A stretch of 64,000 bases of DNA from Candidatus Aldehydirespirator sp. (GCA_965220485.1 OZ244832.1:4475068-4539067), one strand, 5' to 3'. Shown: positions 46,495-56,401, counted from the stretch's first letter. Notes: generated by a model from the letters alone, not told the origin. Made by a program: numbers and translations.

Positions 46495-47299
46495 ACGGCT
46501 TGGATTCCGGCCGGTACTGGGCTACCTCGCCAGTGGAGACGGTGAGATAGGAGGGCACCTCGCCGCCGCCGTGCACCGGCACCGAAGCCCCGGACATGAA
46601 CGACGCCAACGGCGAGGCGCAGAACAGCACCACGTTGGCGATCTCGCCCGGGTCCCCGAGCCGGCCGAGGGCGAGGGTCCTGCCGACGGCTTCGATTCCG
46701 GCCTCGTCGCCGTAGTAGAGGTGCGCCTGATCGGTGCGGAGAAGCCCGACCATGACGCTCAGGACCCGGATCGACGGACCCCACTCGTGGGCGAGGGTCT
46801 GGGTGAGGTTGTCGAGTCCCGCCTTGGCCGCTCCGTAGGCCGCTCCGGCGGGTGTGGGGCGGATGCTCGAGACCGACGAGATGTTGATGATGGCCCCGCC
46901 CCCTTCCTGGGCACTCATCACGGGATGAACCGCCTGGGCGAAGGTCAGGGGAGCGATGAGGTTGAGGGCGATCACCTTCTCGTTGAACCGGGGCGACACG
47001 GTGGCGGTATTCGCAGGAGGGGCGCCGCCGGCATTGTTCACCAGCACGTCGATGCGGCCTGTCGATCGCATCGCCTCGTCGACCACCTTGGCGATCTGGT
47101 CGGGGTCGCGAACATCAGCGGCTACGAAGGCCGCCTCCCGCCCGGCCGCGGCCACCGGCTCCTCAGGCGTCCGGCGGGCGCACCCCACCACATGGGCGCT
47201 GTGCTCGAGGAACCTCGAAGCGATCACACGGCCGAGGCCCGCGGTGGCGCCCGTGACGATCACCGTGCGGCCGGTCATGTCGAGCGGATTGTCGGGCAC
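46493..47299 (-). CDS. SDR-family oxidoreductase
   Basis: It has TGATAGLGR, NNAG, and YGAAKAG motifs. Confidence 0.8.
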   Translation of the reverse strand: MPDNPLDMTGRTVIVTGATAGLGRVIASRFLEHSAHVVGCARRTPEEPVAAAGREAAFVAADVRDPDQIAKVVDEAMRSTGRIDVLVNNAGGAPPANTATVSPRFNEKVIALNLIAPLTFAQAVHPVMSAQEGGGAIINISSVSSIRPTPAGAAYGAAKAGLDNLTQTLAHEWGPSIRVLSVMVGLLRTDQAHLYYGDEAGIEAVGRTLALGRLGDPGEIANVVLFCASPLASFMSGASVPVHGGGEVPSYLTVSTGEVAQYRPESKP

Positions 47300-47358
47300 G
47301 CGACTCCCCGAGGTAGGCAGGCCCCTCAGGCCCAGCGCTGCCTTGAAACTATCGCCTC

Positions 47359-47575
47359 AAGGGAATTGGCAGCGTTCTGCGCGATATGTGGGCATTCTGC
47401 TGCCAGTTCGCAGGTGAAGATCGGCGGCGTCGGGAATTGGCGGCGTCTTTGCACGGTATGCGGGCATTGTGCTGCCAATTCGCGGATGAGGCTCGGTGGC
47501 GTCGAGAATTGGCAGCGTCTTGCACGGTATGCGGGCATTGTGCTGCCAGTTCGCGCCGGTGGTAGCGCTGGCGCT
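47359..47575. repeat. three tandem ~71-bp repeats, each with an 11-bp inverted repeat (GAATTGGCAGC … GCTGCCAATTC) around a ~25-nt spacer
   Basis: Units start near 47359, 47431 and 47503. They lie in the divergent intergenic region between the SDR (-) and CoA-transferase (+) genes. The 121-aa tool ORF across them shows the repeat as ELAAQCPHTVQ reiterations. Confidence 0.75.
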
Positions 47576-47598
47576 GCCGGCCTTCTACGGTTCCACCG

Positions 47599-48474
47599 AT
47601 GCCCGACAAGCGCATGACCGAAGACGAAGTGGTCGCCGAACTCGGCAGCGGCATGACCATCGGCATCGGCGGCTGGGGCTCGCGCCGCAAGCCGATGTCG
47701 CTGGTGCGGGCCATGCTGCGAAGTGATCTGACCGATCTTCACGTGGTGAGCTACGGCGGGCCGGATGTCGGCTTGCTGTGCGCCGCCGGCCGGGTCCGCA
47801 GGATCACCTACGGCTTCGTGTCGCTCGACTCCATCCCGCTGGAGCCCCATTTTCGGATTGCCCGCCAGACCGGCTCGGTGGAGGCCCGCGAGTTCGATGA
47901 GGGCGCCTTCTACCTGGGGCTGCTGGCGGCGGTGCACCGGGTGCCCTTCTACCCCACGAGGGCGGGCCTTGGATCGGACATGCTCACCTACAACCCCGAT
48001 CTCAAGACGGTCACCAGCCCCTACGGCGATGGCACCGAACTGGTGGCCGTGCCCGCCTTCGACATCGACGTATCGCTGGTGCACATGAACCGGGCCGACG
48101 CGGCCGGCAACGGGCAGTTCCTCGGTCCGGACCTGTACTTCGACGACCTGTTCGCCATGGCTGCCAAGCGCACCTTCATGTCGTGCGAGCGGGTGGTGCC
48201 CACTGAGGACCTCCTGAAGGAGGGCTCGGTCCACACCCTGAAGATCCCACGACTGCACACCGCCGGGGTGGTGGAGGCACCGGGCGGTGCCCACTTCACC
48301 GAGTGCCCCCCCGACTACGGCCGGGACGAAGGCTTCCAGCGGGAGTACGCGGCCACAGCTCGCGACCCCGACGTCTGGGCTCAGTTCTGTGCCGACTGGC
48401 TGGACCTTCCCTCCCACGACGCCTACCGGTCCCGCCTCGCCGAGCGGACCGAATCCGCTGGAGCGGAGCGATGA
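47599..48474 (+). CDS. CoA-transferase subunit A (3-oxoacid/glutaconate CoA-transferase family; IpdA-like)
   Basis: N-terminus …AELGSGMTIGIGGWG…. The 291-aa protein is followed by a B subunit with an ATGA overlap. Confidence 0.75.
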   Translation: MPDKRMTEDEVVAELGSGMTIGIGGWGSRRKPMSLVRAMLRSDLTDLHVVSYGGPDVGLLCAAGRVRRITYGFVSLDSIPLEPHFRIARQTGSVEAREFDEGAFYLGLLAAVHRVPFYPTRAGLGSDMLTYNPDLKTVTSPYGDGTELVAVPAFDIDVSLVHMNRADAAGNGQFLGPDLYFDDLFAMAAKRTFMSCERVVPTEDLLKEGSVHTLKIPRLHTAGVVEAPGGAHFTECPPDYGRDEGFQREYAATARDPDVWAQFCADWLDLPSHDAYRSRLAERTESAGAER

Positions 48475-49250
48475 GCGACGCAACCATCGATGAGATCTGT
48501 CTGGTTGCGCTGGCCGAGGCCTTCCGGGGGGATGGCGAGCTGCTCTGCCATCCGATGGGTCCGTTCCCGGTGGCGGCTGGCAGGCTGGCGCGGGCCAGCT
48601 TCGAGCCCGACCTCATGCTCACCGACACGATCGCCTACGCGGTCGTCGACACCCTGCCGCTGGGGGCGACAGTTGGCGATCCCGGCGACGGGGACGAGGG
48701 CATCGTGGTCGAGGGCTACCTGCCGTTCCGAACGGTGTTCGACCAGGCATGGTCGGGGTGCCGCCACGTGGTGATGGGTGCCAGCCAGATCGACCAGCAC
48801 GGAAACCAGAACTTCGCGGCCATCGGCGACTACCGGAAGCCCAAGGCCCAGCTCCTCGGGCTGCGGGGCGCTCCCGGAAACGTGATCAACCACACCACGA
48901 GCTACTGGATCCCGAACCAGGCCCGGTCGTTCTCCGAGAGTGTCGACGTGGTATCGGGTCCGGGCTATGACCGGGTGGCGGCGCTGCCCGAGCCGAGCGG
49001 CCGCTTCCACGAAATCCGCAGGGTCGTGACCGAGTTGGCCGCCTACGACTTCGAGACGCCCGACCGAACCATGCGGCTGCGGTCCATCCATCCCGGCGCA
49101 TCCGTCGACGATGTGCTGGCGGCCACCCCCTTCGAGCTCTCAGTGCCCGAAGATGTTCCAGCCAGCCGGCTCCCCACCCACGAGGAGCTGCATCTCATCC
49201 GCGACGTGATCGACCCCAAGAGCATCCGCAAAGCCGAGTTCCGCCGCTAG
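48471..49250 (+). CDS. CoA-transferase subunit B (IpdB-like)
   Basis: A 259-aa beta-subunit-like sequence; the family call rests on length and on translational coupling (ATGA) to the upstream A subunit. Confidence 0.7.
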   Translation: MSDATIDEICLVALAEAFRGDGELLCHPMGPFPVAAGRLARASFEPDLMLTDTIAYAVVDTLPLGATVGDPGDGDEGIVVEGYLPFRTVFDQAWSGCRHVVMGASQIDQHGNQNFAAIGDYRKPKAQLLGLRGAPGNVINHTTSYWIPNQARSFSESVDVVSGPGYDRVAALPEPSGRFHEIRRVVTELAAYDFETPDRTMRLRSIHPGASVDDVLAATPFELSVPEDVPASRLPTHEELHLIRDVIDPKSIRKAEFRR

Positions 49251-49296
49251 TTCTCCAACTCTAGTCTCACAGATAGAACTGACAGGCCTAGTCACA

Positions 49297-50667
49297 TTGC
49301 GATTTATGCGGATTTTCCGTATGATCCTCTGTATGAGCACATCTGGAACAGCCTCTTCCGGCATGAGCGCCCTCCTGTCGTTCACGGCGGAAAACGTTCG
49401 GTGCTATCGCGACGAGGTGCACCTTTCACTCCTTGGGACGCGGATGGCGGAGGAGGGCGCCGTTCGACGTGTCGTCACGGCAGGAAGCACAAAGCCAACA
49501 CTTGTGTTACCTGCAGCTGGAGTCTTTGGTGCCAATGCCTCAGGCAAGACGGCAATTCTTGAGGCAATCGACGACATGCGCGCGGTTGTAGAGGGTTCGT
49601 TCCGTCTCGGGACCCCAGAGTCGTCCATCTACCGTCGTCCGTTTCTCCTTGACGATGAGAGCCGCAAGCGACCTTCACGATTCGAAGTCGACCTCATCCT
49701 CAACGGCGTTCGCTGGCAGTACGGATTCGAACTGCTCGATGATCGGGTACTCGACGAATATGCCTATCACTATCCTCGGGGTCGTCAGGCGATGATCTTT
49801 GAACGCAACGATGGTCTTCCGAAGTTTGGTCCACCGTATCGCTCTGACGGAAAGGCGATGCTAAGGGCACTGCGAGACAACGCGCTTCTCTTGTCAGTGG
49901 CGGAAGCTCTCAAGATCCCGGATCTCTCAGATCTTCACGCTTGGTTTAGGACTATGGTTCGCTTTGCGTCCTCAAAGAATCGCGGTGAGCGAGCCCATCT
50001 CACTGCTAACTTGGTAGAATCGACGAATAAGAAGGATCGTATTCTAAACCTGTTGAGGTATGCAGATCTGGGTGTCACTGATATTCATCGTGAACTGCCT
50101 CCCATTGAAATAACTGAGCGAGTCAGAAAGGCGATGCGTGTCCTAAATGATTTTGACGATGACACGGAGATTGAGGAAGAACTCAGCCTTGAAGGTATCG
50201 TACTTCTCACACACTCCGCGGCTGTAGGTGAAGCAAGAATCTTCCCACAGGACGAGTCTCTAGGAACGCAGGTGTGGCTCGGCTTGATCGGACCTCTCCT
50301 CGAAGTCCTGGAAGCAGGTGCAGTGTTACTCGTGGATGAACTCGATGGAAGTCTCCATCCCCGTCTTGTTCAGAAATTCGTGAGGCTCTTCCAGAACACC
50401 CGAACTAACCCGCGTTGTGCTCAGTTGATCTTCAATTCACACGATACCAACTTACTCGGCGATAGTGATAGCCGTACGATCGGTCGTGACCAGATATGGT
50501 TCACAGAAAAGGATACAGAGGGTGCATCGTCGCTCTATTCGGCGACGAACTTCGGGCCGCGAAGGGACGACGCCATCCAGCGTAGGTACTTGCAGGGGCG
50601 TTACGGGGCAGTGCCCTCGCTCAATCCTGCTGATCTTGAGCGAGCTCTGCTTGTGACAGACAGGTGA
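49297..50667 (+). CDS. AAA_21-type ATPase (AbiLi/RloA-like; OLD/ABC-ATPase fold)
   Basis: Walker A GANASGKT. Walker B/D-loop LLVDELDGSLHP. Low-GC codon usage (~55%). The start is uncertain; alternatives are 49333 and 49363. Confidence 0.75.
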   Translation: MRFMRIFRMILCMSTSGTASSGMSALLSFTAENVRCYRDEVHLSLLGTRMAEEGAVRRVVTAGSTKPTLVLPAAGVFGANASGKTAILEAIDDMRAVVEGSFRLGTPESSIYRRPFLLDDESRKRPSRFEVDLILNGVRWQYGFELLDDRVLDEYAYHYPRGRQAMIFERNDGLPKFGPPYRSDGKAMLRALRDNALLLSVAEALKIPDLSDLHAWFRTMVRFASSKNRGERAHLTANLVESTNKKDRILNLLRYADLGVTDIHRELPPIEITERVRKAMRVLNDFDDDTEIEEELSLEGIVLLTHSAAVGEARIFPQDESLGTQVWLGLIGPLLEVLEAGAVLLVDELDGSLHPRLVQKFVRLFQNTRTNPRCAQLIFNSHDTNLLGDSDSRTIGRDQIWFTEKDTEGASSLYSATNFGPRRDDAIQRRYLQGRYGAVPSLNPADLERALLVTDR

Positions 50668-51260
50668 GGCGGCCGCGTTCGACTTCCCAGCGGCATGTCA
50701 GACGCTCGCGCGAAGAGCGTCGCGTTATCCGCATATATCCTGAAGGTTCGGTAACCGAGTTCGAGTACTTAAGGCACTGGGAACGACTGGGTCAGCGTGT
50801 GACTATAGATTGGGGAGAAGCGGCTATGTCCCCTATGGGCATGGTTAGCCGGGCCAAGAACGACCTTAGGTTGAGTCGGCGCGCTGCGAGACGTCACGGC
50901 ACACCTCAATTCGATGAAATCTGGTGTATATTCGATGTTGATAGCCATCCGCAGGTTCCGCAAGCGATATTCGAGGCGATGCAGAGCGACATTAGTGTCG
51001 TAGTCTCCAATCCATGCTTTGAGTTGTGGCTCGTCCTGCATTCTCATGCCCAAAGAGCCCCTGTAGACAGTAGAGAGATACAGCGACGGGCAGCTGAGCT
51101 TGGTCTCGTTGACGGCAAGAATGTCCCAAGGACGCATGGCGTGTCCTCGAAGAAAACTATGAGGACGCGAGGCGACAAGCGAAGAAACTGGACCAATGGC
51201 ACGAGGACAATGACTCGCCGCCTCGGTCAAACCCCAGTTCCGACGTGTGGCGTCTCGTAG
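50664..51260 (+). CDS. RloB-like protein (PF13707; AbiLii-like partner of AAA_21 ATPase)
   Basis: The GTG start overlaps the upstream stop (GTGA). It has motifs …VIRIYPEGSVTEFEY… and …IWCIFDVD…VVVSNPCFELWLVLH…. Confidence 0.7.
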   Translation: MRRPRSTSQRHVRRSREERRVIRIYPEGSVTEFEYLRHWERLGQRVTIDWGEAAMSPMGMVSRAKNDLRLSRRAARRHGTPQFDEIWCIFDVDSHPQVPQAIFEAMQSDISVVVSNPCFELWLVLHSHAQRAPVDSREIQRRAAELGLVDGKNVPRTHGVSSKKTMRTRGDKRRNWTNGTRTMTRRLGQTPVPTCGVS

Positions 51261-51309
51261 ATCGACTCCGCTCGTAGGGTTCAGCCGCCATGGTGGCTGA
51301 GCGAGACTG

Positions 51310-51852
51310 GTGACGGAGATGCACGAGCGGCCGGTGGTGTACATGGTGTGCACTGGCAACGCGGCCCGGTCGCCGATGGCGGCGGCCATGCTGTGGGACC
51401 TCGACTCCGATGGCCGGATCGAGGTTCGCAGCGCGGGCATCCTCACGCTGGAGGGCCATCCCATTGGGACCCGCACCCGTTCGGCGCTGGCCCGCCACGG
51501 GCTGATCGACCACGCCCACCGGTCGCGGCAGTTCGGCGGTGAGGACGCGTCCGACGCCGATCTGGTGGTGGTGATGGAGCCGCTGCATCTGCACTGGATC
51601 CGCCGCAACCTGTCCGAGGCCGCCCCCATCACCGGTTCGCTGCGTCGGCTGGCCCGGGACTTGGCCCCTCCCAGGGCGGAGGCGGACGCCGGAGACCTCG
51701 CACGCAGGGTGAGGGCCTTGGAACTGGACACGCTGGAAGCGGAGCCATGGGAGGAGATTGTCGATCCCGGTGCCGGCGACCAGGACGACTTCGACCGCTG
51801 CTCTGACGAGCTGCGCCTGCTGGTGGCCGAACTGCACCGACGCCTGGCGTGA
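51310..51852 (+). CDS. low-molecular-weight protein-tyrosine phosphatase / ArsC-like (LMW-PTP fold)
   Basis: P-loop VCTGNAARS (C-x5-R) is followed by …DLVVVME…. Confidence 0.7.
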   Translation: MTEMHERPVVYMVCTGNAARSPMAAAMLWDLDSDGRIEVRSAGILTLEGHPIGTRTRSALARHGLIDHAHRSRQFGGEDASDADLVVVMEPLHLHWIRRNLSEAAPITGSLRRLARDLAPPRAEADAGDLARRVRALELDTLEAEPWEEIVDPGAGDQDDFDRCSDELRLLVAELHRRLA

Positions 51853-51886
51853 CCTGCCCGACGCGGCCTCGTCGGTGGGTCCAGCC

Positions 51887-52606
51887 ATGACTCCTCGGAC
51901 CCGGCCGTACTGGCGTGACTGTCTGATCGTGAGCCTGGCCGTCGGGGTGATCGGTGTGACCTTCGGCGTGTTCGCCGACGCGGCCGGCTTCGATCTGGCC
52001 CAGATCGTGGTGATGTCCGCGTTCGTCTTCACCGGCGCGTCGCAGTTCGCGGCGGTGGGCGTGATCGAGGACGGCGGGTCGGGGGGAGCGGCCGTCGGTT
52101 CGGCCCTGCTGCTGGCCGCCCGCAACGCGCTGTACGGCCCGGTTGCTCGCCGGGTCCTTCCTGCGGCGACGCTGGGTCGGCTGGGCTCGGCCCATTTCGT
52201 GATCGACGAGACCTCGGCGATGGCGGCCGCCCAGCAGGACCGCCGGGACGGGGTCGGCGCGTTCTGGATCACAGCCACCACCCTCTGGCTGTTCTGGAAT
52301 CTGGGCTCGGTCGCGGGGGCGCTGCTCGGCGCGGTGTTGGGAGCGCCCGAGACCTGGGGGCTCGACGCAGCCTTCCCCGCGATGTTCGTTGCATTGCTGG
52401 CCCCTCACGTGCGCACTGCGGCCGGTCGGACCGCGGCCGCGGTTGCGGCTGCGGTGGCCTTGGGCGCGGTGCCCGTCGCCGCCTCGGGCGTCCCGATCCT
52501 GCTGGCGGTGGCGGCCTTGATTCCGGCGGTGCTCGTCCAGCGGCGCCGGGCTCCGGCCGGCAACAGCACTGACCCGGGCCGGGCCGGCTCCGAGGGAGCG
52601 CCATGA
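51887..52606 (+). CDS. azlC: AzlC-family branched-chain amino acid exporter subunit
   Basis: The 239-aa protein has multi-TM topology and typical AzlC motifs (…GVTFGVFA…FTGASQFAAVG…). Confidence 0.75.
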   Translation: MTPRTRPYWRDCLIVSLAVGVIGVTFGVFADAAGFDLAQIVVMSAFVFTGASQFAAVGVIEDGGSGGAAVGSALLLAARNALYGPVARRVLPAATLGRLGSAHFVIDETSAMAAAQQDRRDGVGAFWITATTLWLFWNLGSVAGALLGAVLGAPETWGLDAAFPAMFVALLAPHVRTAAGRTAAAVAAAVALGAVPVAASGVPILLAVAALIPAVLVQRRRAPAGNSTDPGRAGSEGAP

Positions 52607-52902
52607 GCTGGACACTGCTCATACTTCTGGCGGGCGGCTCCTACGGGCTCAAGGTGCTGGGCGTTACCACCCTGGGCGGCATCGTCGAGCGGAGGCTGGG
52701 CCCGGTGGTGTCTCTGCTGCCGGCCGCGCTGTTCTCGGCGCTCGTCGTGGTGATGACCTTCGAGGAGGCCGGTCGGCTGGTGTTCGACTCCCGCGTAGCC
52801 GGGGTGGCGGTGGGGGCGGTGGCGGTTTGGCGGAAGGCCCCGCTGCTCGTCGTGGTGGCCACGGCTATGGCCGTCACCGCCGGCCTGCGAGCCTTGGCCT
52901 AG
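52603..52902 (+). CDS. azlD: AzlD-family branched-chain amino acid transport protein
   Basis: The 99-aa ORF has 3-4 TM helices and overlaps azlC with ATGA. Confidence 0.7.
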   Translation: MSWTLLILLAGGSYGLKVLGVTTLGGIVERRLGPVVSLLPAALFSALVVVMTFEEAGRLVFDSRVAGVAVGAVAVWRKAPLLVVVATAMAVTAGLRALA

Positions 52903-52940
52903 CCGGCTCCGTCGACGCTCGGCCGATTCGGCCCTTGTGG

Positions 52941-53732
52941 CTACCCGAGCGCGGCCAGGAAGGCCGAGCGTTCCGCGGTCGCGCCGAGCGGGTTGATGCG
53001 GAAGGACTCCAGGGTCGACGCGGTTCGGGCCTCGGACACGTCGGCGACACAGTCGGTGAGCACCAGGCAGTCGTAGCCGCGGTCGTTGGCCTCCCGGACC
53101 GTCGCACTCACGCAGCAGTCCGCGGTCGTCCCCATGACCACCAGCAGATCGATCCCGCGGTTGCGGAGTCGTTGATCGAGGTCAGTGGAATGGAACGCGC
53201 CGTGGCTCGGTTTATCGATCACCCACTCGCCCGCCAGCGGGGCCACGGAGTCCATGATCTGCCATCCGGGTTCTCCACGCACCTGGAGCCGCCCGTAACG
53301 ACCCTCCCGTCCGACCGGATGGCCCCGCGTCATCGCCCTGGCCACCTTCGTCGGCGGGCAGTCCGACAAGTCGGCACGATAACCCTCGCGGGTGTGAACG
53401 ACGAGCATTCCCGCCGCCCTCGCCGCGGCGAGGACCTCGGCCACCGGCTCGAGCGCAGACCGGATGTGGGCCGTGTCGAGCCCGATATCGGCGAAGAACC
53501 CGTCCGCAGCGCAGTAATCGACTTGCCAATCGATGCTCAATAGTGCACAACGGCCGATTTCGAACGAACCGATGATCGGCCACTGGTAGTGCTCGGCGGA
53601 CACCTTTGCCAACACGAGAGCAGCCTTACAGATCGATGGACCTCGGACCAAGCGGTTATGGCCCGCGGTGTTCTTGCCGGGCGGTTCCGGTCGGTCAGCC
53701 GGATGGCTCGATGGAAACCGCGTAGGTGTCAC
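52941..53732 (-). CDS. isochorismatase/cysteine-hydrolase-family protein (start uncertain; likely downstream of 53732)
   Basis: It has …CALLSIDWQVDYC…, …GMLVVHTREGY… and the catalytic Cys in …VMGTTADCCVSATVREA…. The annotated ATG would overlap the upstream gene by 38 bp. A TTG near 53651 is an alternative start. Confidence 0.65.
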   Translation of the reverse strand: MTPTRFPSSHPADRPEPPGKNTAGHNRLVRGPSICKAALVLAKVSAEHYQWPIIGSFEIGRCALLSIDWQVDYCAADGFFADIGLDTAHIRSALEPVAEVLAAARAAGMLVVHTREGYRADLSDCPPTKVARAMTRGHPVGREGRYGRLQVRGEPGWQIMDSVAPLAGEWVIDKPSHGAFHSTDLDQRLRNRGIDLLVVMGTTADCCVSATVREANDRGYDCLVLTDCVADVSEARTASTLESFRINPLGATAERSAFLAALG

Positions 53733-55455
53733 CGGTCTCAGAGACGACGGTGATGGTGTGGCCGCGTACTGTGACTGACTCGCCCACGGTCAGCAGCGGG
53801 AATGCACTGAACTGAGCGTTGCCGGGGTCGCCCGCAATCTTCGTCGGCAGGTGACCTGTGTCCACGCGGGCGTCAACGGTGTAGACGAGTACGCCCTCTT
53901 CCAGGAGTCCGTGGCCGGGCACGCTGCCGCTTGGGCTGGTCAGGGGAGTGGACTCGTCGTAACCCAGCCAGCGCCGATTCTCGATCACGATCAGCTCGTG
54001 ATCGTTGAGCGGCACTGCGACCATGACTGTTCCACGCCCGGGGTCTGCGACCGGTTCGAGCATCACCATGCCGGCCGCGCCCACTCCGCACTTCACCTGC
54101 AACGGATCGAGCCAGCCGAGTTGCCAGCGGCTCCAGGCGAGCATCTCCACGGGCACCGCGAACCAGATGTGATCGAAGGTCGGGAACCTGGCTCGAAGAC
54201 CGAGCAGTCCGATCTCGACATACGCCCACGTCGTCCCGGGCGGTGGGTCGGACAGTCGGTGCACGCTCTCGTCATACGGGTAGAGGTCTGAGAGGCCGAA
54301 GTTGTGTGCGAGTTCGTGAGCAGCGATCAGCCCCCAATTCGACGGTGCTCCGGTTCCCGTGTCGGGATGGGTGTTGATTCTGAACGTCGACAGGTCTCTT
54401 CCGTCGGCTTCGGCATATCCCAGCGCGAGACCACGGCCGAAGTGGGCGCTGGGGAAGATTGTGAGGACGACGTCTGTCTCGGAGAAGTCGTACGTGTCAT
54501 CGGCAAGCCGCACGGACTCGGCGCTGACGCTGGGCCAGAGGGCGCTTGCCCCGGCCGCGTCCGCGTCGGTGAAGGACTCGTAGCCGCTCGGCGAACGCCA
54601 CCATCGATGGACTATGTCGATGTCGAGGTCGAGCCGTCCGTAGCTGGAGGCCTCCAGGTACTGTTCCATGTACCGCAGCCCAGGCTCAATCTCGTCGTGA
54701 GTGGCGTATGTCGCTTCGGCATCGGGGAAGTCCATGAACAGCACGGCCAGCTTCACCCGGCCAACGGACGGCGCCGCGAATTCGGGAAGTGGGAACCCGG
54801 CATCGAGATGCGAAGAACCGGCCGGCCGGCACGGTTGCCTGGCTCGTACTACGCCGCGATGTAGGAACGTCGCCATCTGGGCTCTGGTCGTGGCTTGGTC
54901 CGGGCAGAAGACGCTGCCGTCGCCGCATCCCCCGGTGATGCCCGAGGCGGTGAGCTTGGCCACATCGGCGGCGTACCAGGCGTCTGCGGCCACGTCATCG
55001 AAGCTCGGATCGGGGCCCTCGGGCAGGCCGTAGGCGCGGGAGAGAAAGACAGCCACGTGAGCCCGGCTCACCTCTCCCGCCGGGCAGAAGTTCGTGCCGT
55101 CGCCGCACCCCTGGGTCACGCCGATCTCAGCGAACCGCTCGATGAAGGCGGCGTGCGGATGTGATGGGTCCACGTCCGCGAAGCGTGTGGATGCGACCGG
55201 TGCGGGGTCCGCGCTGTCGAAGACCCGCACCATCTAGACGGCCATGGTCGCCCGGTCCATGGGCTTATCTGGGCAGAACCCGTTTCCGCATTCGGTTCCC
55301 TCGAAGACGCCCACGTCGGCTAGGGCGCCGACAGGCGCCGTGTAGAAGGTGTCGGCTGGCGTGTCTGCGTAAGGCGCATCACCTTGCGCGGCGGCTGGTG
55401 CAGCCGCGAGGAGTGACACAGAGCCAAGAACAGCCGCAACCACGACGGCTCGCAC
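53695..55455 (-). pseudogene. secreted SLH-domain zinc metallopeptidase (HExxH: AAHELAHNFG) interrupted by an in-frame TAG at 55234-55236
   Basis: The upstream fragment (55455-55237) has a signal peptide MRAVVVAAVLGSVSLLAAAPAAAQG and the first SLH repeat, and ends …DRATMAV*. The downstream 512-aa ORF resumes MVRVF… inside the same SLH repeat, followed by two more SLH repeats and the protease domain. Confidence 0.65.
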
Positions 55456-55537
55456 GGCGTTGCGGGCACGACAGGAACCTAGTTGCGGCAGGCTCGGTGT
55501 GCCCGAGGCGATGCCCCTTCGACGGGGAACTTGCCCC

Positions 55538-56356
55538 CTAGACGGCGAACGAGCGGGGCCAGTCGTCGGGCCGGATAAGGGCGTCGGTCCCGCCGTCGAC
55601 GTAGAACACCGAGCCGCAGGCGAACCTCGCCACCGGCGACAGCAGGAACTCCACCCATTCCGCCAGCGCGTCGGCGTCAGGTGTCTCGGTCACCGGAACC
55701 GGGAAGGCCTCCATGAGCGGGCCGTACACGTCGTCGGCCTGGCCCTTGCGCAGCAGCGGCGTGTCCACCGGTCCCGGCGCGATCACGTTGAGCCGGATGC
55801 CCTCGCCGACCCATGGCTCGGTCACCGCGGCGCGGCGGCACCAGCGGGTGACGGCCAGCTTGGCGCCTCCGTAGGCCACGGCCGGAGCGAACACCGGGTC
55901 GACCTCGTCGATCAGGGCCACGGCGTCCTCTTCCCGGCCTTCCAGGTAGGCCGCCACCAGCTCGTCTGCCAGGTTGGGAGTAGTGGTGGACGAGTTCGAT
56001 CCGAACTGCACAACCTGGGCCCCACCCGAAGCGGCCAGCGCGGGCCGCAGTCCCTCGAGCAGTGCCACCGAGCCGAAGTAGTTGACCCGGGCAATGAGCT
56101 CTCCCGCCACCGGCGGACCGAGGCCCGCGGCCGAGACCGCTCCGTCGAGAACTCCAGTGGCCGCCTCGATGGCTGCGTCGACAGCTTCAGCCCGCCCCTC
56201 GGGCGTTCCCAGGTCGGCGGTCACCTCGGCGTCGCGCAGGTCGATGCCGATCACTTCGTGTCCCGCGGCCTCGAGTCGGCGCCTCGTGGCCGCCCCCATG
56301 CCCGAGGCGGAGCCGCTGATCGCGTAGCTGCCCATCCGTCCATCCTGCCCCAACAC
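55538..56356 (-). CDS. SDR-family oxidoreductase (atypical)
   Basis: GTG start with an alternative ATG at 56335. It has ISGSASGMG and YGGAKLA motifs. Confidence 0.7.
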   Translation of the reverse strand: MLGQDGRMGSYAISGSASGMGAATRRRLEAAGHEVIGIDLRDAEVTADLGTPEGRAEAVDAAIEAATGVLDGAVSAAGLGPPVAGELIARVNYFGSVALLEGLRPALAASGGAQVVQFGSNSSTTTPNLADELVAAYLEGREEDAVALIDEVDPVFAPAVAYGGAKLAVTRWCRRAAVTEPWVGEGIRLNVIAPGPVDTPLLRKGQADDVYGPLMEAFPVPVTETPDADALAEWVEFLLSPVARFACGSVFYVDGGTDALIRPDDWPRSFAV

Positions 56357-56401
56357 TCAGCGGGTGTCGCGACTGGCCGATCGGAGGGCCAGACTGTGAC
56401 C

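Noticed and set aside
46116-46784. 222-aa ORF
   Set aside because: The N-terminal 95 aa are Arg-rich overlap with the SDR gene in another frame. Only the last 126 aa (signal peptide + TM) form a plausible small protein.
47362-47551. sigma-54-like GG-N10-GC match (TGGCAGCGTTCTGC) inside each repeat unit
   Set aside because: The gene content (mycothiol, F420) points to Actinomycetota, which generally lack RpoN. The match is more simply explained as one arm of the palindrome.
47359-47575. possible CRISPR array
   Set aside because: Only three units are present. They are directly abutting without unique spacers, and no cas genes are nearby.
47349-47714. 121-aa ORF spanning the 71-bp tandem repeats
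   Set aside because: Its apparent repetitive peptide (ELAAQCPHTVQ…) is simply the translation of the intergenic tandem repeats. It overlaps the well-supported CoA-transferase start and has no RBS.
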